Source: Escherichia coli
GTDB lineage: Bacteria; Pseudomonadota; Gammaproteobacteria; Enterobacterales; Enterobacteriaceae
Assembly: GCF_041886205.1 (NCBI RefSeq)
Contig: NZ_CP169029.1
Length of the DNA: 64,000 nt
Direction: 5' to 3' (one strand)
Part shown: piece after piece, positions 57,470 to 64,000 of the stretch
Layout of the letters: every line of letters begins with the position of its first letter
Position numbering within the stretch: position 1 is the stretch's first letter
Position numbers and translations under genes: made by a program
Notes under the pieces: model-generated
The model's database searches: none
The model's input: only the letters and a program-made list of their open reading frames with translations
Told to the model about the DNA's origin: nothing

Positions 57470-59155
57470 ATGTACGATTTTAATCTGGTGTTGCTGCTGC
57501 TTCAGCAGATGTGCGTTTTTTTAGTCATTGCATGGTTAATGAGTAAAACGCCATTATTCATACCGTTAATGCAGGTCACGGTTCGTCTGCCGCATAAATT
57601 TCTCTGCTACATCGTCTTTTCCATCTTCTGCATCATGGGCACCTGGTTTGGGTTGCACATTGACGATTCTATTGCCAATACCCGTGCGATAGGCGCGGTA
57701 ATGGGCGGCTTACTCGGCGGTCCGGTCGTCGGTGGGCTGGTTGGTCTGACCGGCGGGTTACATCGATATTCGATGGGGGGCATGACCGCGTTAAGTTGCA
57801 TGATCTCGACCATCGTTGAAGGATTGCTCGGCGGCCTGGTACACAGCATCCTGATCCGCCGCGGGCGCACTGATAAAGTCTTTAACCCCATTACCGCCGG
57901 TGCCGTCACGTTCGTCGCTGAAATGGTGCAAATGCTGATCATCCTGGCGATCGCCCGACCTTATGAAGATGCGGTGCGTCTGGTGAGTAATATTGCTGCG
58001 CCAATGATGGTCACCAATACCGTCGGCGCGGCGCTGTTTATGCGTATATTGCTCGATAAACGCGCGATGTTTGAAAAATACACTTCGGCTTTTTCTGCCA
58101 CTGCGCTGAAAGTGGCGGCCTCGACGGAAGGCATTTTGCGCCAGGGGTTTAACGAAGTGAACAGCATGAAAGTGGCACAGGTGCTGTATCAGGAGCTGGA
58201 TATTGGTGCAGTCGCGATTACCGATCGAGAGAAATTGCTGGCCTTTACCGGAATTGGTGACGACCACCATTTACCCGGCAAACCGATTTCTTCGACTTAC
58301 ACCTTAAAAGCGATTGAAACCGGTGAAGTGGTCTACGCTGATGGCAACGAAGTACCTTATCGTTGCTCTTTGCATCCGCAATGCAAACTGGGGTCGACGC
58401 TGGTAATTCCGTTGCGTGGTGAAAATCAGCGGGTGATGGGCACCATCAAATTGTATGAAGCCAAAAACCGTTTATTCAGTTCAATCAACCGCACGCTGGG
58501 CGAGGGGATTGCGCAACTGCTTTCGGCGCAGATCCTCGCCGGGCAATATGAGCGGCAAAAAGCGATGCTCACCCAGTCAGAGATCAAACTGCTTCACGCC
58601 CAGGTGAACCCCCATTTTTTGTTTAATGCGCTTAACACCATTAAAGCGGTGATTCGCCGCGACAGCGAACAGGCCAGCCAGCTGGTGCAATATCTTTCCA
58701 CTTTTTTCCGCAAAAACTTAAAGCGGCCTTCGGAGTTTGTTACTCTCGCCGACGAAATTGAACATGTGAACGCTTATCTGCAAATTGAAAAGGCGCGCTT
58801 CCAGTCGCGGTTGCAGGTCAACATTGCTATTCCGCAAGAATTATCCCAGCAGCAATTGCCCGCGTTTACCCTGCAACCGATAGTGGAAAACGCCATTAAA
58901 CATGGGACATCACAACTGCTGGATACAGGGCGAGTGGCAATCAGCGCCCGACGTGAGGGGCAACATTTGATGCTGGAGATCGAAGACAATGCCGGTTTGT
59001 ATCAACCGGTAACCAATGCCAGTGGGCTGGGGATGAATCTGGTGGATAAGCGTTTACGTGAACGGTTTGGCGATGACTATGGGATAAGCGTCGCCTGTGA
59101 GCCTGATAGTTACACCCGAATAACGTTACGACTACCATGGAGGGACGAGGCATGA
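57470..59155 (+). CDS. btsS: LytS-type sensor histidine kinase BtsS (YehU)
   Basis: Start placed at [11 protein letters not shown] (561 aa); 5TM-LytS membrane domain, GAF, then His kinase ([14 protein letters not shown]). Confidence 0.9.
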
Positions 59156-59871
59156 TTAAAGTCTTAATTGTCGATGATGAACCGTTAGCACGGGAGAATC
59201 TGCGCGTATTTTTGCAGGAGCAGAGCGATATTGAAATCGTTGGTGAGTGTTCAAACGCCGTGGAAGGGATCGGCGCGGTGCATAAACTGCGCCCGGATGT
59301 GCTGTTTCTCGATATCCAGATGCCGCGCATCAGTGGTCTGGAAATGGTGGGGATGCTCGACCCGGAACATCGTCCGTATATTGTTTTTCTCACCGCGTTT
59401 GACGAATACGCTATTAAAGCCTTTGAAGAACATGCCTTTGACTATCTGCTGAAGCCAATTGATGAAGCGCGACTGGAGAAAACGCTGGCGCGTTTGCGTC
59501 AGGAACGCAGCAAGCAGGATGTTTCGCTGTTACCGGAAAATCAACAGGCGCTGAAATTTATCCCTTGTACGGGGCATAGTCGGATTTATTTGCTGCAAAT
59601 GAAAGATGTGGCATTTGTCAGCAGTCGGATGAGCGGTGTCTACGTTACCAGCCACGAAGGGAAAGAGGGCTTTACCGAATTGACATTACGTACCCTGGAA
59701 AGTCGTACACCACTACTGCGCTGCCATCGTCAGTATCTGGTTAACCTCGCGCATTTACAGGAGATTCGTCTGGAAGATAACGGCCAGGCCGAGTTGATTT
59801 TGCGTAATGGCTTAACCGTGCCGGTCAGCCGCCGTTATCTGAAAAGCTTAAAAGAGGCGATTGGCCTGTAA
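59152..59871 (+). CDS. btsR: LytTR-family response regulator BtsR (YehT)
   Basis: Start placed at [13 protein letters not shown] (239 aa), overlapping the btsS stop by 4 nt; receiver plus LytTR domain. Confidence 0.9.
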
Positions 59872-59917
59872 AAGACTGCTAAAATGGCTTTTTGCCTCAT
59901 CAACACCTGAAGGCCTC

Positions 59918-60388
59918 ATGCTAAGTAACGATATTCTGCGCAGCGTGCGCTACATTTTGAAAGCCAATAATAATGACCTGGTGCGTATTCTGGCGCTGGG
60001 TAATGTCGAAGCCACCGCGGAACAGATCGCCGTCTGGCTACGTAAAGAAGACGAAGAGGGTTTTCAGCGTTGTCCGGACATTGTTTTGTCGTCATTCCTC
60101 AATGGCCTGATTTATGAAAAACGCGGCAAGGATGAGTCTGCTCCGGCACTGGAGCCGGAACGTCGCATTAATAACAACATCGTGCTGAAAAAATTACGCA
60201 TCGCGTTTTCGCTGAAAACCGATGACATTCTGGCGATCCTCACCGAACAGCAGTTCCGCGTTTCGATGCCGGAAATTACAGCGATGATGCGTGCACCGGA
60301 TCATAAAAACTTCCGCGAATGCGGCGATCAATTTTTACGTTATTTTCTGCGTGGACTGGCAGCGCGCCAGCATGTGAAGAAAAGCTAA
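59918..60388 (+). CDS. yehS: DUF1456 protein YehS
   Basis: Start placed at MLSNDILRSVRYILKA (156 aa); tandem internal repeat of the DUF1456 type. Confidence 0.8.
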   Translation: MLSNDILRSVRYILKANNNDLVRILALGNVEATAEQIAVWLRKEDEEGFQRCPDIVLSSFLNGLIYEKRGKDESAPALEPERRINNNIVLKKLRIAFSLKTDDILAILTEQQFRVSMPEITAMMRAPDHKNFRECGDQFLRYFLRGLAARQHVKKS

Positions 60389-60396
60389 GACGGGTA

Positions 60397-60422
60397 TGGC
60401 GGCCATGCGAAACATGGCCGCC
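60397..60422. terminator. Hairpin terminator between the convergent yehS and yehR
   Basis: tggcggccatg-cgaaa-catggccgcc. Confidence 0.6.
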
Positions 60423-60428
60423 GACAGA

Positions 60429-60890
60429 TTATTTCACTTCTTTAAAACCAGCGGCTTTCATCACCAGTTCCATTTGCGCCATAGTGATACCTTTTTTGGC
60501 ATCTTCAGCAGAAACGTTGATTCCTGAAATACCCTGCAGGGCTTTAAAATCCACTTTTTCCATATCGATAGTCACGTTTTCCTGCGCGTAGGTATCGGTA
60601 TAGGTTAATTTTTCTTCAACACCCGCGATGTTTTTGTATTTGGCGCTTAACGGCTCAAGTGTCTTGGCAGCATCTTCTTTGGTGGTTGCACCAATGGAGG
60701 CAAATTGAATTTTGGTTTCAGAAGATTGCTTAAGCACCTTGTCACCTTTGTAGACATAGGTAATGGCAATTTCAGTGCCGTTCAGATTGGCGCTGAATTT
60801 CTTCGATTCTTCTTTGTCACCGCAGCCAGCAAGAGAGAAAACCAGAACAGATGCAACAACGAGGGAAAACAGCTTATTGAAAGCCTTCAT
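60429..60890 (-). CDS. yehR: Lipoprotein YehR (DUF1307)
   Basis: Start placed at MKAFNKLFSLVVASVLVFSLAGC (lipobox; 153 aa). Confidence 0.85.
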   Translation of the reverse strand: MKAFNKLFSLVVASVLVFSLAGCGDKEESKKFSANLNGTEIAITYVYKGDKVLKQSSETKIQFASIGATTKEDAAKTLEPLSAKYKNIAGVEEKLTYTDTYAQENVTIDMEKVDFKALQGISGINVSAEDAKKGITMAQMELVMKAAGFKEVK

Positions 60891-61014
60891 GTAAAACTCC
60901 ATTTTATTTAATCAAGAAACTGGTGACTCTCACCAGGGGCTATATAGGATATGCCTAATACCGTGGCGTGAGCAGTCCGGAACTGGAGTAGAACTCTTAG
61001 TAAAAAGCACTATT

Positions 61015-63015
61015 TCATCCTTGTTGCTGAAGCATGGGGAATAATTGTTCGCAAAGCAAAACACCGTTATTCATTGCTTCTACCCGAGCCTCGCTTTCTG
61101 TATTACGAAATTGTGCCAATACATGTGCCAGCCGATAAAAACCCATCGCGGTGAGGTCATTCGCCAGCAACTCTGCCTGACCAATAGCACTCTGTTCCTG
61201 ATAGCGCCAGCCGTTATGGAGCAGTTGAATAAGTAACGCCTGGCAGCGCATCAGCAACTGAGGAGCGGTAGACGGCACAGGCAGAACGCTGGCAGAAGGT
61301 AGCGGTGCCACAGGCGTAGTTTCTGCGTCCAGCGCCCAGGCGCGGGTTTTTGTCATCATCACCCGTGGTTCCAGTGTCAATTGCCCCTCAACAAAACTGA
61401 CAAAGCCAGAAACCAGACTCACGGGGTCCTCTGTTTGTTGTAACAGAGCTGCCATGCGTTCAACAGCAAAGGGCGAACAGGTAGAGGCTGGTAGGGATAA
61501 TGTCAGCACGTTATCTTCACCTTCGCCGCTGATTACCTGCGCATCCAGCGTTTGGCGGCTGCTATCCCAACCGAGTGAAATACACTCAGCGACCGGCAGA
61601 ATAAATAAGTTATCGACCTGATTAAGAGGCCGTATGCAGGCGGGGGGACGCTGGCGTAAATATTCCCGCAAAGCCACAATGCCCGGCTGGCGTAACGGCG
61701 CGCTCAACATTTGCCAGGCATCAGGCGACAGCGGCACAACGCTGCTTAAGCGGTTGCGGGTAGCTAACAGCAGCTCGCCATCGGCACTGCGTTTTGCTGC
61801 TTGTGAAACAATTTGCCCGCCCGCTAGTGCGCCAGCCTGAAAACTAAACAGCCGACGCGTAGCTGCCGGTGAGTTTTCCTGTTCACTTCGCGGCCAACTG
61901 CGCGAAAGGTGCAAAATACTGCCGGTGTCGGGATCGGTAAACCAGATGCGTAAACCATAATGCTCAATATCCTGCCAGCAACGCATACCTAAAGACACCA
62001 GCCGCAGATGATCAAGCTTTGCTTCTCCGGCAATGCCAGAGCCAACGACCGTGCGCCACGGCACAGGAGGAACTTCACCAATACTGTCGCGCCGGGCCAT
62101 CTCTTGTGCGCAATTTAATCGACTGTTTAATGCCGCAAGCTGACGTAAGCATTCTCCGGCATGATAGTGGCTGGCGCGGGCGTGGAAGGCATCAACGCTT
62201 GCCCGTAGCTGTCGTAGTGATTCACTCACCCATCGCCAGTTGCAGCGTTCCGCCGCCTGCTGCGCGCGACTAAAAGCGGCCTCGTAGTGAATAAGCGGCT
62301 GGCTGATGCCGCCCAGCCATAATGCCTGGCTTAATTGCTGAACATATTGACGACACGCGTTACCCTCGTCGTTGGCAAACGGATCGTTAGATGATGTGAC
62401 GTGTTCGCTGCGCATCTGCCAGATTAAATGAGTCAATTCCGCTTGCTGCGCTTTTGCCTGGACAAAGGCCTGTACTGCCAGTACGACATGTTCGCAAAGT
62501 GTGCCTTCAATACAATCACAACGGGCGAAACGAATGCTGCTACGGGAATAAAAACGCACATCGCTCATCGGTAAGCGGGCAGAGGGAATTTCGCCCGGCG
62601 TACAGAACAACTCAATGGTGATGCCTTTAGCGACCAGCGCCTGTGCGCGTTTGCGGGTAGCATCGGGAAGGGTAGCCAGTTCTTCCAGCCAGATTGCCGG
62701 ATCCCACTCTTCTTCTTTTTCCGTAGACTGAGTGGTGGCACAAAGTCGTTGATAACTTAACACCAGCATCACGCGATGACGGCACATACCGTTGGCCCCG
62801 CAACTGCACTGAGCCTCTTTCAGTGCCTGGCCGTTCGCCAGCTGGGTACGGACACCGTCACTGAAGGTGGCGATTAAAGCGTCGTTCTCATGGCTGATCT
62901 CCGGGACGTTGCCATTTTCCAGTTCCTTAAGACTGCGCTTAACAAAACCGGCATTGCTTAACGCCGTCAGGGCCTGCGGTGTCAGTTCTAATAATTCCGG
63001 ACGTAGTGAATTCAT
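61015..63015 (-). CDS. yehQ: SWIM zinc-finger protein YehQ
   Basis: Two CxCx(n)CxH SWIM motifs (CSCGANGMCRH, CDCIEGTLCEH). Start chosen at ATG 63013-63015, which overlaps the yehP stop in an ATGA arrangement; the ORF track allows 63039, so the exact start is uncertain. Confidence 0.75.
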   Translation of the reverse strand: MNSLRPELLELTPQALTALSNAGFVKRSLKELENGNVPEISHENDALIATFSDGVRTQLANGQALKEAQCSCGANGMCRHRVMLVLSYQRLCATTQSTEKEEEWDPAIWLEELATLPDATRKRAQALVAKGITIELFCTPGEIPSARLPMSDVRFYSRSSIRFARCDCIEGTLCEHVVLAVQAFVQAKAQQAELTHLIWQMRSEHVTSSNDPFANDEGNACRQYVQQLSQALWLGGISQPLIHYEAAFSRAQQAAERCNWRWVSESLRQLRASVDAFHARASHYHAGECLRQLAALNSRLNCAQEMARRDSIGEVPPVPWRTVVGSGIAGEAKLDHLRLVSLGMRCWQDIEHYGLRIWFTDPDTGSILHLSRSWPRSEQENSPAATRRLFSFQAGALAGGQIVSQAAKRSADGELLLATRNRLSSVVPLSPDAWQMLSAPLRQPGIVALREYLRQRPPACIRPLNQVDNLFILPVAECISLGWDSSRQTLDAQVISGEGEDNVLTLSLPASTCSPFAVERMAALLQQTEDPVSLVSGFVSFVEGQLTLEPRVMMTKTRAWALDAETTPVAPLPSASVLPVPSTAPQLLMRCQALLIQLLHNGWRYQEQSAIGQAELLANDLTAMGFYRLAHVLAQFRNTESEARVEAMNNGVLLCEQLFPMLQQQG

Positions 63016-64000
63016 GACTGAAGATTCTCCGCAAGCCATGATGCCAGCTCGCCCGGCGTCATGGCGGCTATTTGTGCGCCGACATTAACCAGCGCCTGGG
63101 CCGTATCGTGGTCATAGCAAGGTGTTGCGTTGCTATCGAGCGCCGCCAGTCCCAGCACTTTGATGCCGCTCTGGACACACTTTTTCACCTGATGCGTGAG
63201 TAATGATGATGAACCCCCTTCGTAAAAATCGCTCACGAGGATAATGACGCTTTTTGCTGGTTGTTCAATAAGTTGCCGACCATATTCCACGGCACTGGCG
63301 ATATTGGTTCCGCCGCCTAATTGCACTTTCATTAATAACTCTACCGGATCGGCAACGTCTGCCGTGAGATCGACGACGCTGGTGTCAAACGCCACCAGAT
63401 GGGTACGAATACCGGGTAACTGCCATAAACAGGCCGCCATCACCGCTGAGTGGATCACCGAGTCCACCATTGATCCGCTTTGATCAACCAGTAAGACCAG
63501 TTGCCATTGTTCACTGTGGCGCTTAATACGGCTGTTAAAGCGGGGGGATTCGATATACAACTTGCCGTGTTGCGGGTGCCAGTGTTGCAGGTTGGCGCGC
63601 AGAGTACTTTTGAAATCAAAGTTTCGCGCCAGTAGAATAAATGAGCGGCGACGGCGATCGCGGACACCAGAAAAAGCCTGACGAACCTCCTTTGCCAGTT
63701 GTGCCATAATTTCTTCCACAACCTGGCGCACTATCCGGCGGGCGGCAGCCAGTACTTCGGGATTCATCAGATGTTTGGTGTGCAAAACGGCGCGTAGCAG
63801 GCTTTCAGAAGGCTGCATACGTTCCAGCACGTCGAGATTCGTCACCACATCTTCAATGCCATAGCGCAGTACGGCATCGCTTTCCAGCCGCTCAATCACC
63901 TGTTGCGGAAACAGCGTGTGAATACTGTTGATCCACTCAGGAGTGGTGAGATTTGAGCCACCTAATCCACCGGAGCGTTCACCACGCTGGAGCCGTTCAG
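63012..64000 (-). CDS. yehP: VWA-domain protein YehP, 3' portion; the gene starts beyond the window end
   Basis: von Willebrand A fold with MIDAS-like DQSGS motif (LLVDQSGSM); the frame stays open upstream of the first Met at 63899. Confidence 0.75.
   Translation of the reverse strand, partial: ERLQRGERSGGLGGSNLTTPEWINSIHTLFPQQVIERLESDAVLRYGIEDVVTNLDVLERMQPSESLLRAVLHTKHLMNPEVLAAARRIVRQVVEEIMAQLAKEVRQAFSGVRDRRRRSFILLARNFDFKSTLRANLQHWHPQHGKLYIESPRFNSRIKRHSEQWQLVLLVDQSGSMVDSVIHSAVMAACLWQLPGIRTHLVAFDTSVVDLTADVADPVELLMKVQLGGGTNIASAVEYGRQLIEQPAKSVIILVSDFYEGGSSSLLTHQVKKCVQSGIKVLGLAALDSNATPCYDHDTAQALVNVGAQIAAMTPGELASWLAENLQS

Overview
This window is Escherichia coli chromosome, syntenic with the K-12 fru–yeh region (about 48–49 min) read in reverse orientation, and it carries two gene blocks I do not recall in K-12. 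The conserved backbone runs fruK(partial)-fruA, psuKGT, yeiL, rihB, nupX, yeiI, nfo, yeiH, yeiE, lysP, cirA, yeiG, folE, yeiB, galS, mglBAC, preAT, yeiS, sanA, cdd, yohKJ, dusC, yohP, mdtQ, yohF, yohD, yohC, pbpG, dld, bglX, osmF-yehYXW, yohO, mlrA, btsSR, yehS, yehR, yehQ, yehP(partial). The first extra block (about 17.3–21.5 kb, between cirA and yeiG) is an AT-rich four-gene islet: an organophosphate:Pi antiporter-family transporter, a SerB-like phosphoserine phosphatase, an L-serine dehydratase and an XRE-type regulator. I read it as a candidate O-phosphoserine uptake and catabolism module, and it is my best candidate for an undescribed system. The second block (about 35.6–41.7 kb, between yohJ and dusC) is a gentisate / 3-hydroxybenzoate catabolic cluster of a known type. 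All calls come from reading the translated ORFs and the DNA by eye; no database search or computation was run. No tRNA, rRNA, CRISPR array, transposase or integrase was found.
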